DNA of 64,000 nucleotides from Pristiophorus japonicus. Taxonomy: Eukaryota. The first letter of the stretch is position 1; each line of letters begins with the position of its first letter. Below the pieces are notes generated by a model. It saw nothing but the letters and a program-made list of their open reading frames with translations. It was not told where the DNA came from and ran no database searches. Location: assembly GCF_044704955.1 (NCBI RefSeq), contig NC_091999.1, positions 37,262,001-37,326,000 of the forward strand, in the 5' to 3' direction. A program made the position numbers and the translations under genes. Below, piece by piece: positions 26,579 to 39,496 of this stretch.

Positions 26579-27149
26579 CTGTGAAGCAGAAATGAAATTC
26601 ACGCTAAGCTTCATCTTCAGAGTCAGGCCAACAGATTCGGCCTTCACTCGCTCCAGGAGAAGCAATCCGCTTTGAGATATAAATCTCTCACTGATGATTA
26701 AACAAATCGTTATTGGCAGGACAACAAATTGGCAATGATGTTAGGAAACCCTTTAACATTTCCAACGTCTACAGATTCTTGTGCCCGAACGCGTTTCCGC
26801 TCAGTATAATGGCTCCACCACGAGGGCCAAGAGCTCTCCATGAAAATTACATTAGTTCAAAACGAGTGGCAAATCAAATCCAGGATTTCACGTGCAGCAG
26901 GAAACAAAATTAATTTTCTAGTGTCTTGTGATTTTGGGGGCAGTGAAAATGTGCAGGAGCCAGTTGCAACCCCCCATCAGAAGAGAAGTGAAAGGTCGGG
27001 TAAATGGAGTCCAAGGGATCTTGTTTGGTGGCTTATAATTTGCAATACCGATGTGAACTAGTTTGTTTATCTCTATCATTACTGAGCGTTGCTTTCTGGT
27101 TAGAGAGAGTCATTTGGAAATATAACCGCAGGGCAGTAATAGCAAAATA

Positions 27150-27690
27150 GGAACTGGAGTAGGCCATTCAGCCCATCCTGCCTGCCGTCTTTCAAATGGA
27201 ACATGACCTGACCTACACCTCAACATTATATACCCGCCTTTTGTGTGTCACCCATGATGACCTTGCCTAACAAAGGGTTATCAGTTGCAGTATTGAAACC
27301 TTCACTTGACCCTTAGCCTCAACAGCTTTTTGGAGAAGAGTGTTCCAGAGTTAAACTACCCTTTGTGCGAAAGAATCCTTCCTGACATCATCCCTGAACG
27401 GCCTAGCTCTACGTTTAGTGTTATGTCTGTTGTTCTGAACTCCCACACCAGAGGAAATAGTTTATCTCTATCTACCCCATCAGTTCCATTTATCAACTTA
27501 AACACCTCAATTAGTTCAACTTTAACTTCCATATTCAAAGTAATACAAGCCTATTCTGTGCAACCTGTCCTCACAATTTATCCATCCTTTCCCTGATATG
27601 ATTCGTCTTAATTTGCAGTGTATCCCCTCTAAAGCCAATTTATCGATCCTGAGGTGCAGTGCCCAGAACTGAACACAGTATTCTAAATAG
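27150..27690 (-). mobile_element. CR1 LINE 3' fragment
   Basis: LIEVFKLING...DRDKLFPLV..RT; 3'UTR-like GGAGTAGGCCATTCAGCCC. Confidence 0.7.
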
Positions 27691-28026
27691 GGCAGATGCC
27701 CTTTCTAGCAGTGGGCCCTGTGAAAGTTATCACCAATGGATTGCAGACACCTACTGTCGCTTTGAATATGATCAGGCAACGCAGGATTAAGCTGAAACTA
27801 AGGGAACCTCGCCCACAGTCTGGCATCAGAGCAAAGGGCAACCTTTGGTGAAGTGATGGAGTCATGAACCATGAAGTATCCACAGTCAGGACTTACACTG
27901 AAAGGAAGCACAACTGTATCATTGGAAATGAGAAATAATTCTGTGCTTTTTAATAATTCCTTGAAAAGCACTAACTGAGATCCGCGCTCAGAATGATCTG
28001 AAAATTCACGGGATTGTATCTCTTAC

Positions 28027-28338
28027 CGTGAGACCTGGTAATGTTTCGGCTTTGCATGAACGCTTGATGAGAAAAGTGGGAGGTATAGACCGAGCGGGCG
28101 AACCATTCTTCGGCGGGAACTATTAGCCGACTGGTCATTGAGAAGTTCCTGTTAACTTCAAAGACATGAGAGGTGACGATGTCCGAATCCATGACTTGTC
28201 CATTTCTCAGCCAATTCACTGTCACTTCCCTTGGACGGAAATCGATGAGTGAACACGCGACTGTTGCAGATCTGCTTCTGGAGATTTCTTCAAATTAGCT
28301 CAGGGTAAGGAAAACACTTGGATGATGTACCACACGAT
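28027..28338 (-). pseudogene. IGHM: IgM C-mu2 exon
   Basis: [35 protein letters not shown]...VNWLRNGQ...SRL.VPAEEWF..VYTSH..HQ...SRNIT. TAA at 28295-28297; second Cys->Ser; GTAAGA donor intact. Confidence 0.94.
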
Positions 28339-28961
28339 CTGCAAGAAAATATATTTTATTGGGATTATTTGTTGCAATCCAAACAATTAAGAATTGTAAA
28401 CCGATTTGTAACATAGGATCTACAACGCAGAAACAGACCATTTGGCCCAACAAGGTCGGTGTTTATGACCCAATGAGCCTTCTTTCTCCCTACTTCCTCT
28501 CACTCGTGTACTTATGTTGATCCCTCTGAAATGCATCTAAGCTAGTCGCCTCAAGTACTCCATGTGGAAGCAACATCCACAGCCTACCAACTCCCTGGGT
28601 AAATAAGTATCTCCTGATTTCACAATTGGATTTATTGGCGATTATCTTACACAGCCCTGAGTACCGCGCTCCTCCTCAAGCAGAAATATGTTCGCTACTT
28701 CTAACCTTTCAAACCCTTTCATAATTTTAAAGACCTCTAATCGCCCAGCCCTCAGCCTTCCCTTTTCTAAAGAAAAGAGCTCCTCCCGGTGCAATAACTT
28801 TTGACAGTTACAATCTTTCAGGTGTGCTTTCGTACTTAGAGGTCTTTTTGGTGCACTTCTCCAGCGCCTCTGTATCATTCTTATAATTTGGAAACCAGCA
28901 GTATGCACATTACAGTAAATATGATATGGAGATTAGAGCTTTGTACAGTGCTCTAAATGTG

Positions 28962-29713
28962 TGGTCGAGCCCAGAGCGTGGGGCGTTCGAGCCCAGCGGG
29001 GGGCAACGGTCGAGCCCAGCGGGCGGGCGGGAGTCAAGCCCAGCGACAGGCAGCGATAGTTGCTGAACGAGGGGCGGCGTTGCATGCCCTGTGAGGGGCG
29101 GTGTTCGAACCCAGTGGTGGGCAGATTTCGAGCCCAGCTTGGAGTGGTGCTCGAGCCCAGGGGGACCGGCGTTGGATACCATCGGGTGGTGGAGATTAAG
29201 CCCAGCGAGGAATGGCACAGGATGTAACAACGGCGGAATCGTGGCCCAGATGCAACACGGCATATATAACATCAGAGCAGGTGCGGCTCAGGAGCTGCAC
29301 CGCATAGAACATCAGAGGGGTCGTGGCACAGGAGCGGTGCAGCATTTATACCGTCAAAGTCGTGGCCCACGAGCGAAGCAGAGTATAACAACAGTGGCGA
29401 CGTGGCCCAGGAGAGGCGCAGCACAGAATAACAGAGGAGTTGCAGTGCAGCATTTAACAACAGCGGGATCGGGGCCCAAGGGAGGCGCAACAGTGCTTGG
29501 TCTGCTGTTGTCTTGGTAAATCCTTGCCACTGGACCAAGACCTGGCTCTGTCAAGCCCGTGTGGTGGCTGGTGTGCAACTCTCACCACACATTAAAAAAT
29601 CAACGCGCAGGCATCTTCCACTCTTTAAAATACAACTCATTGTAACAGCTTTGAGCCCATCTTCTTTGCTGTGAAGAGCGTCATCTTCGTCACGAAGGTC
29701 TGCGTAGTAGTAG
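28962..29713 (+). mobile_element. Non-autonomous composite retroposon with 5' VNTR (TCGAGCCCAGCG-type units) and RTE-like tail (copy 2)
   Basis: Core CACTGGACCAAGACC..GCTCTGTCAAGCCCGTGTGGTGGCTGGTGTGCAAC is shared with copy 1; (TAG)n tail; TSD TAAATGTG at 28954-28961 and 29714-29721. Confidence 0.75.
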
Positions 29714-30125
29714 TAAATGTGATCTGGAAACTAGAACTGTGCACAGTACTCTGTGTCACATGGAGACAAGACTGTAATCAGTACGGTAAGTGTGACATGG
29801 AGACAAACCTGTAATCAGTACACTCAGAGTGATATGGGCACCAGAACTGGGCACAGTGCTCCAAATGTGATATGGAGACCAGACCTGTAATCATGCACTC
29901 AGAGCGATATGGGGACAAGAACTGAGCACAGTGCTCCAAATGTGATATGGAGATCAGACCTGTAATCTGTACACTCAGTGTGATATGGCGACCAGAACTG
30001 AGCATAATTCTCCAAGTGTGATATGAAGAACTGAATTAGGCGCAGTACTCCAAGTGTGATACGGAGACCATAACTGTGCACAGAGCACTAAGTGTGACAT
30101 GGAGACCAGAACTGTGCACTCTAAG
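29714..30125. repeat. ~36-38 bp minisatellite (CCAGAACTGTGCACAGTACTCCAAGTGTGATATGGAGA) derived from CR1 ORF2
   Basis: The minus strand repeatedly encodes HLE(H/N)(C/Y)AQFWSPY and is flanked by CR1 sequence on both sides. Confidence 0.8.
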
Positions 30126-30207
30126 TCTGGTTTAAGCAAGTTGTATAGAAAACAATATAACTTCACTGCTTATCACAATTTGCATCCCTGTATCGCAAAA
30201 CACTCGA

Positions 30208-30507
30208 CTGGTATTTTGATGTTCCAGACTGACCCATTTCTTCGAACCTCGCAGTAGATTGTGCTGCTCCCCATCTCTGACTCGGTGATGGTTAACTGGC
30301 TGCTCAGGGTGTAGGCTCCCTTCTTGTTGAGCAGTCACGGGTAGGTCTTCAATCCAGTGGTGCTTTGCTCTTTATATTTCCTCCAAGAAAGGCTGGTGAT
30401 TTCCGGGGAGTAATCCATTGCCAAACACCCGTAGGTGAATGGGCCGTCGATGTTGGGTTGTTCACAGGAGGACAGCAGGCCGTGGAGTATGGGTGCAGAA
30501 GGTGTCG
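30208..30507 (-). pseudogene. IGHM: IgM C-mu1 exon
   Basis: [42 protein letters not shown]...[43 protein letters not shown] at 30335-30337; the expected phase-1 donor reads TCGAGT (3' end approximate). Confidence 0.94.
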
Positions 30508-32284
30508 CTGGGAAAGAATGGCCAATTGGACAAGTTAGACTCTGTAAGCAGAGCTTATAAGGTAACCAAGTATCGCGAAATTTGACTGCAGAATGAACTA
30601 ATTCCATTATTTGCTGATCAAAACCTAAATCAGCATTTCAGTTGCTGTGGGTTGCGTGACCTGATGTGAAACGCCTCCATGTAACTCCTGTCTTTTACAT
30701 AAGAAATGTCACGAGTCTTAAATGGGCATGTTGTCCAGGAGACGCCTTTGTACCGAGGGAATGCCAGAATATGGTATCGGGGACATCCTCCAGCTCTTGA
30801 TCTCTTTTTATGGAACACTTCCCTCAATCTCCAACCATTTTAAGATTAGATTCGTTCATATCCTGTGCACCGAGTTCCTCCCTACATCCTTTTGCTATCA
30901 GCTTCTTATTATCAGCACAGAAGAAGACCATTCTATGAGAGCAAAATGTTGCCATCTCTGCATTTTACGATGCTGCATTAAAACTTACCATCTAGGCAAG
31001 TATTTGGTCAACTCTCAGAATCACTAACGGCCATACTGATGAAACATTGATATCGCATTCTGTGTCAGAATGCTAGATTGTAACTGCTTACGCCCCTATG
31101 AATCATCTTGGGACGTTTTACTAGGTTAAAGGCAATATATAAATGCAAGTTGTTGTTTTCAGGAGACACACTTGTTTCAATAGCAGCAGGGTTAGTTCTC
31201 CTAAGCGCACAACTCATACAGCTAGATGCCGGCATGTTTGTGAAGCATGACCCAGAATTATAAGATAATAAAATTTTACATCACAGAAGGAGCCTATTCG
31301 GTCCCTTCAGGCCTTTGAAAGATCTCTCCACCAATCCTGTTCTCCTTTCAATTCCCAATCCTCTTCATGATAGTTCAATTTTATCAAGCTATTATGGATT
31401 CTGAATGCATCCATCTTTCTAATAGAACATCCCATGTCCAAACAGTCCCCAGTGTAGAGTAATAGAATAAAACCTCTCCATGTATTCTATTACTGCTTAT
31501 TTTCAAACTCTGCTTTTGACTCACCAATTCACTAACCTGGGAAATATGTTTCCCGAATCTCTTCATAAAACCCATCATAATTCCAACACCTGTCTATTAG
31601 ACCTCATAAAAATCTTCTTTGTTCCCATGACAATAAAGGACGTTTACATTAAATAGTTGAAGTCTCTTTTAAATTGAAGTGAACAATTCAGACCATATTT
31701 TTGAACAGGGAACATTTGCACAGCATGATTTCTAAGAGTCAAGCTTCAGATGAAATTAGATTTATTCGAATCTATTTCTTTCCTTCTCAGAATTGGAGGA
31801 AGTGCGATGCGATGTGATTTGTACTCTATCCCTTGCTACAGATTGGATGTCTCCTGACCTTCCTCCTCCCATTCGTTCAACTTAATTTACAGAATTCCAT
31901 ACAAATCCAAAAGTTGATTATATGGAGCGATGCACTTTAAACGGTCCATTTCAATTTTCCAAATAGTTCTCCAACCTCCCGCCAAGGATAACAAGTGTTG
32001 CTTTCTGGGTCGTTACAGTCGATTATTGTTGCTGTTTGTTACTAAAATAATCTAAACATCACGATAGGTTTCTGCTCTAAATATCAAATATTGGCAATCC
32101 TTTAGAATTATACATCGATTGTTTATCAGTGGCATCTACACACGGAAGGACTAAGAGTAACTAACGTGCTTACTGCTAATTTGGGTAAAGTTCGCTTCCG
32201 GTTTGTGCAGATTACTCAAACAGCTGCGGCGTATTGGTCTGATACTGGAAGCTCGGCCTTAAGTGGGAAGTAACAAAGAGGGGG

Positions 32285-34390
32285 GAGGATGGCAGATCGT
32301 GGAAGTATAGACTTTCAAGTAGCACTTCATCAAGTATCTCATAAAAGAATTATTTGGAAAAAAGGAACAAATGGGTTTAAAGGGATAGTGGTAACCTAGG
32401 TACTTAATTTTCTGAAGGAGAGAAGACTGAGAGTAGTGTTTACGAATTTTTTTTCTGACTGGAGTGAAATGGGGTCGCCCATGGGTATTTATTATGACCA
32501 GTGCTTTTCTTACATTATATATAAATTACCTGGACTTATTTATAGGGAGCATACTCTTAAAGTTTGTGGATAATGCAACATTTGGCAACGGAGTAACTAG
32601 TGAGCAGGATAGCAGTGAACTTCAGGAGGAAATAGGCAGAAATGTGGCTGATGCAATTTAATGCACATAAGTAACAGGGAGAGGAAATATAATCTAACTG
32701 GTACTATTTTGAGGTAGTGCAAGAGCAGAGAGACCTGGGGTGCCTATTCACATATCGTTGAATGTGACCGCACAATTTGATTACACAGCTAGAATGTATA
32801 TGGGATAATTGGCTTTGTAATACGGCCATTGAATACAGAAAGATGGAAGTCATGCTAAACCGTTACAAATCATTGGTTAGGCATAGATGAAGTAGTGTAT
32901 ACAATTCTGACCACCACAATTTAGGAAGGATAACTAGGCCTTGAAGTAGGTAGAGAAGAGGTTAACAATGATGGTAGCAGGGATGAGAGACTTTATTTAT
33001 GTGGATACATTCGAAAAGCCAGGAATGTTCCTTACAGGAGATAAGGTTAAAGGGGTGACCTTACAGAGGAGTTTGAAATTGTGAGAGGTTTTGTCACAGT
33101 AAGTAAGGAAAAATGATTTCCTCTGGCGAGGTTGGTAACAAAAGGACACAGCTTTAAAATAATTGGCAAAGGATCTACAGGGGAAATTATTTCTTTTTTC
33201 AAAGAAAGTGTTGCAATTTCTGGAATTCACTAGGCAACTGGACGTGTACTTGTAGAGAACTCATTTGGAGTGTTACGAGGAAAAAGCTGGGCATGGATTT
33301 TGGACAGCTCTTTCAGAGCCAGTACAGACAAAGCGGGCCAAAGATTCTATGCTCTGAGATTCTTAGTTCCCATATGACAGACTGATTGCAAAAATAAAAC
33401 TCCATGATATCCAGGGCAAAGTGGCAAATTGGATCCCACATTGTGTCAGAGGCATGAAGGAAAGGGTAATGTTTGCTGGGTTTTTGGGGGACTGGAAGGC
33501 TGTTTCAGTGGAATTCCGCAGGTCCCTTGCATTTTGTGATATATATCAACGATTTGGACTTGAATGTAGGAAATATGATTTATACCTTTGCAGATGATAT
33601 TAAAATAGGCGTGCTTGATAATGAACAAAAATTCAGTAGACTGGAGGAGCATATCAATGAACTGGTAAGATGCGCAGAAAAGTGGCAAATGGATTTCAAT
33701 CCGTAGAAGTGTGAGATCATGCATTTGCGGAGGGCAAACAAGGCAAGGGAATAAATATTAAATGGCAAGACACCGGGAAGTGTGGAGGAACAAAGGGACC
33801 TTAGATTGCAGGTGCACAGATACTTCAAGGTAGCAGGACAGCTAGGCATACGGAATGCTTGCCTTTATTACTCAAGGATAGAATACAAGAGCAGGGGGGT
33901 TACGCTTCAACAAGTGTAGAGAAGGGGCTTACGAGTATGTTGCCCAGTCTGGAAAGTTTTAGCTTTGAGAAAAGATTGAATAGGCTGGGTTTGTTTTCCT
34001 TGGAACAGCGGAGACGGAGGGGTGATCTTATTGTGGTGCATATAATTATGAGGGGCCGAGATAACGTGGATAAGGAAGGACCTATTTCCCTTGGCAGAGG
34101 GATGAACAACAAAGTGACATCGATTTAACGGAACTGGTAAGCGATTTAGCGGAGGTATCAGGGAAATTTCTTCACCCAGAGGGTGGTGGGGGTCTGGACC
34201 TCCTTGCTTGAAAGAGTGCTGGAGGCAGACGCCCAAATCAGATTTAACGGGTGCTTGGGTGTGCACTTGAAGTGAAGTAACATGCAGGGCACGGACCAAG
34301 AGCTGGAAAGCGAGTTTCAGCTGGATAACTGGAAACCCAAAATGGCCTTCTTCTGTGCTGTAAATGTCTACGATGAATCTATGATTCTAC
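32285..34390 (+). mobile_element. Two degenerate CR1 LINE 3' fragments
   Basis: YINDLD, FADDIKIG, KWQMDFN, RLGLFSLE.RR.RGDLI. Confidence 0.8.
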
Positions 34391-36159
34391 TTCACTCAGC
34401 TGAATTAATTCTCCCAGATTAAATTGGAGGAAACGATTTATAATATTGAACACCTCTATCAGATCTATGTTAATTGTTTGTTATAATGCGAGAGGAAATT
34501 ATAAATAAAGGGCCTGAGGAAGTTGACGCAAAGGATTCAGGTGGAAACCATCACACTGCCTGAAAGAATATTGTAAATGACAACTCATCAAAGCTCACTA
34601 TACCTCTTTAAATGTATCAGATAAGTGCAGGCCAGTAACTGTGTGGCGTGTGTTGTGACCCACTTAAATAGATGCATCTCAACCGAGTTTGCCCCTTTGT
34701 AACTTAAAAAAATGCATTTTACCTAAATAATGCTTTCACACACAAGGTTCCCATGATGGTTATTTGAAGCGGAAGTCTCGATATTCACCATTTAAATTTT
34801 CCAAATAGCTTCCAGCCTTCCATCAGACCAGAAGAGGTGCTGCCTTCTGGAACGTTACAATCACGTCCTGAAACTGTTTGCTCTGAAAGTGAGCTCACGA
34901 TCAGGCCACTCTCATTCAATCATTTTCTGATACTCAAGATGTTTAAAATGGACTAATTCATTAAAAATTGGGCAGGTTTCTTTTGCAATAAGGTTAAATT
35001 CAAACAGTGCGGGGTTGATTCTTTGGAGCAACGGCACGTTTTATTTTTATATATCTGTCTCGAGAACTCACACTTTATAATTTTGATGCAGATTGACATT
35101 CCTTGAACAACACTGGAAAAATCACTCTCAGGTCTGTTAAAGTACATATAATAGAGATTAAAACTCCCTTTGCAGCGCTCTATGGTCAAGTCTAGCAAGA
35201 GATACATTCTGAGCAAAGCCAATTCTAGAAACGCTCCTGGTGAGGTTAAATACAGAGTAAAGCTCCCTGTACACTGTCCCATCAGATACTCCCAGGGCAG
35301 GTACTGCACGGGATAAACACAGAGTAAAGCTCCCCGTACGCTTTCCCATCAAACACTCCCAGGGCAAGTACAAGACGCGTTATAGTAAATTCTTCCTCCA
35401 CACTGTCCCATCAAAAACACACGCGACAGTTACAGCACGGGTTAGATATAGAAACCCTCTCTACATTGCACAGTGAACAACACCAATGGCAGGTACGGCA
35501 CGGGTTAGGAACCGATTAAAGCTCATTCTATAGTTTGCCCGAAGTGTTTTGGAACTGTTTATTCTGAATATCACACACTGAATCCATTTCCGAGTCGCCC
35601 CCTCAAACTTAAATTGAAACTATCGTAATTCTTACAGATAAAAGCTTCTGAAATAACTGAGACAAATTGTACTGCATGAAACAGAGGAGGCAGGTTTACA
35701 ACCAGTTAGGAGGACTCCTGATTCTCACACAGAAACATAGACGCACAAAAACAGAGCAGGCACAACCGGTGGAACAATCGTGTTCTCAGCAGATAGATCG
35801 GTTCGCTCTGTCAAGTTTATTAAACTGATTCCTAATTGATCTCTTCTCAATTTGCGCCCAACTCAAGTCTGCACGTGCTTTGAAATTAAAATGATATTAA
35901 TTTGGAAAAAGTCGCTTCGACTTCCAGTCGTTTCTCTCTCCCTGTCTATAACCTCACAAACCGTGGAAGATTTAATTTCCCTGAAAAAATTATATCAGAT
36001 TTTCACAAATCGCGAGACATTTACATTTAAAACCGATTACCCACAAGTTTATTATAAGTTAATAACTAAATATAACCTGCAAAATCATCGATGTGTCGAT
36101 CATTAAAACCTGTGGCGACACATTATGGACCTGAGCACGACTAAGTAAGACTGAATTTC

Positions 36160-37690
36160 ATAACATAATAAGAACATAGAAATTAGAAACAGGAGTAGGC
36201 CATATAGCCCCTCGAGCCTGCTCCTCCATTCAACAAGATCATGGCTGATCTGGCCGTGGACTCAGCTCCTCTTACCCGCCCGCTCCCCATAACCCTTAAT
36301 TCCCTTATTGGTTAAAAACCTATCTATCTGTGATTTGAATACATTCAATGAGCTAACCTCAACTGCTTCCTTGGGCAGAAAATTCGACAGATTCACAACC
36401 CTCTGGGAGAAGAAATTCCTTCTCAACTCGGTTTTAAATTGGCTCCCCCGTATTTTGAGGTTGTGCCCCCTAGTTCTAGTCTCCCCGACCAATGGAAACA
36501 ACCTCTCTGCATCTATCTTGTCTATCCCTTTCATTATTTTAAATGTTTCTATAAGATCACCCCTCATCCTTCTGAACTCGAACGAGGAAAAACCCATCTA
36601 CTCAATCGATTATCATAAGGTAACCCCCTCATCTCCGGAATCAGCCTAGTGAATCGTCTCTGTACCCCCTCCAAAGCTAGTATATCCTTACTCACCAATA
36701 CCCTGTACAGTTGCAGCAGGACCTCCCTGCTTTTGTACTCCATCCCTCTCGGAATGAAGGCCAACATTCCTTTCGCCTTGCTGATTGCATGCTGCACCTG
36801 CAAACTAAATTTTTGGGATTCATGCACAAGGATCCCCAGGTCCCTCTGTACCGCAGCATGTTGTAATTTCTCCCCATTCAAATAATATTCCCTTTTACTG
36901 TGTTTTTTCCAAGGTGGATGACCTCACAGTTTCCAACATTGTATTCCATCTTCCAAACCTTAGCCCATTTGCTTAACCTATCTAAATCTGTTTGCAGCCT
37001 CTCTGTGTCCTCTACACAACCCGCATTCCCACTAATCTTTGTGTCATCTGCAAATGTTGTTATACTTCACTCTGTTCCCTCTTCCAGTTCATCTATGTAT
37101 ATTATAAACAGTCGTGGTCTCAGCACCGATTCCTGCGGCACACCACTAACCACCGATTAACAACCTGAAAAGGACCCATTTATCCGGACTCTCTGCTTTC
37201 TGTTAGTTAGCCAATTCTCTATCCATGCTAATACATTTCCTCTAACTCTGCGTACCTTTACCTTCTGCAGTAACGTTTTGTGTGGCACCTTATCGAATGC
37301 CTTTTGGAAATCCAAATACACCACATCCATCATTACACCTCTATCCACCATGCTCATTATATCCTCAAAGAATTCCACTAATTTAGTTAAACATGATTTC
37401 CCCTTCACGAATCCATGTTGCATCTGCTTGATTGCACTATTCCTATCTAGATGTCCCGCTATTTCTTCCTTAATGATATCTTCAAGCATTTTCCCCACTA
37501 CAGATGTTAAACTAACTGGCCTATAGTTACCTGCCTTTTGTTGCCCCTTTTTTAAACAGAGGCGTTACATTTACTGCTTTCCAATCCGATGATACCTCCC
37601 CAGATTCCAGAGAATTTTGGTCGATTATAACGAATGCATCTGCTATAACTTCCGCCATCTCTTTCAATACCCTGGGATGCATTTCATCAG
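36160..37690 (-). mobile_element. CR1 LINE, 5'-truncated, with 3' UTR and tail
   Basis: QHGFVKGKSCLT, YLDFQKAFDKVPH, QRDLG.LVH, RGDLIETFKI, RRNFFSQRVV; AAGAACAT-type tail at ~36160-36180. Confidence 0.92.
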
Positions 37691-39227
37691 TAAGATATGT
37701 ATTGTTTTCTAAATTCATTTTCGACATAATTTAACATTCTCTCCAACCCGTGAAATTTTGCAGTAACTGTAATCCTATCCAGTGTACAACTCAGTTGTGA
37801 AAGGTCGTTTATGTTCAATAAATTTGCACTGATATTATATTTTAAGAGAACATTGATGTTATCTGAATTATAATACAATTAGTTGTTATTCATTTTAATC
37901 ATGTTTCTAACTGTTAACTTGTGATCAATTACGGTTTCAGTTATATTAACATGGCACTTACCAATATTAAAATATTATGAATCATATTAATAGTTACAGA
38001 CATTTAGACGTATATGTTATTTTTACTTAAATTAATTTGAAAAAGTTAAAACAGTCACTAATTCCAACAGATTCCCACTCTCTATATACACACTTGCAAA
38101 CTGCATGTTACTGAACTCTCTGAGACAACATGAACTCCATATTTTCTCAGACTGCATTCCACATGATGGATTTAGGAGTGGACTATTTGAAATAGTTCAA
38201 ATTCTGGCCCTGGTTCCATCTCACTAACTACCGATGGGCTGTAACGCAGTGTGTTTACTAAATCAGGGTACTCCAGTTCAAACATTAACCTCAATCTTAA
38301 CTATAAAATAATGTTTTATGAAGTAAAAGCAACAGGCAGTCAGTAACAGAGTCCCGGCTGTTTAATAACACAGTCAATCTTTTTATTTTATACTCCCGTA
38401 ATTAACAGAATGCCCGTAAATTAATTATTAAATATATTCGGCTATTTATTGAAACTACGTTCGAGAATGATCAAAAAAACTGGCGGGGAACAAATCATTC
38501 AGACCATCTGCGACACTGAAATGCAATGAGCAAATGGAGGAGAGATTTTGGTGATCAATTTCCATGAATGAGAATTAAATATAATTCTCAGATGTAATTT
38601 GTTCACTTTCGATAACAGCACTGTCGATAAAAGTGGAAGACAGGATGTTGTTATTCAATTCAAAAATAACAATGACCTTTAGTAATTAAATTAATCTGCT
38701 TGAATTATCAGTGGGTTATGTGCCTGTCTCCAGCGTTACTCAGTTTAAATAGAATCATATGAACAATGCTTTGACTGCCAGCGACACTGAAATGCAATGA
38801 ACAAGTAGAGGAGAGATTGTGTTGATAAATTTATTATGAATGAGAAGTAAATATATCTCCCAGTTGCAATCTGTTCACTGTCTATAATTCTGTTCCGTTT
38901 GCAGCACAGCCATGGGGACAGCGTGTTGTTATTCAATTCATGATCTTAACAACGATTTCAGGTTAGTTTACTGATAATTGGCTCGCTATCAAACAACAAA
39001 TAATACGGACGAAATTACACAGTTTCGGCTGAACAATAAGAATTTAATAACCCGACAGATTTATGACATTTACAAACTGCAATTTACAACGCGCATGTAA
39101 TTGACAATCTGTGTAAAACAGGGAGGTAACAATTAATTTTAAACATTTATTTTTTTATCTCATTCAACTGTGGTGGAATCAGTCCGACATTAATAAAATA
39201 ATTTCAAGCTTAATTAGAAATGAACTC

Positions 39228-39496
39228 TGTCATGTATCTCACATTACTGTACATAACTGTATCTTACCATGCTATAACTGACTGTAACTAGATATGACCT
39301 GTAACCACAAGCATACATTACCATCAGGGGTGCACTTGCAGGCGACACTGCATAGCTGCTCCACACAGGTATATAAAGAGAGGTCTCAGGCATTGTGCGG
39401 CATTCGAGAGCTGTGAAACAAAGGTGCAGGTCCTGAGTGACCTTGACTTCAGCATGTGCCTCGTGTGAGTCTGTCCTCCAGGGACAGGACTTTACA
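39228..39496 (+). repeat. 5' LTR (TG...CA)
   Basis: Direct repeat of 45592-45859; TATATAAA box inside. Confidence 0.93.

Noticed and set aside
30178-30185. Octamer ATTTGCAT (also at 6608-6615 and ~62123)
   Set aside because: A few hits are expected by chance in 64 kb of AT-rich DNA, and none lies in the VH promoter.
25364-30507. IgW or IgNAR identity of the C exons
   Set aside because: Four C domains, the Cmu-type sequences and the [15 protein letters not shown] tailpiece match shark IgM.
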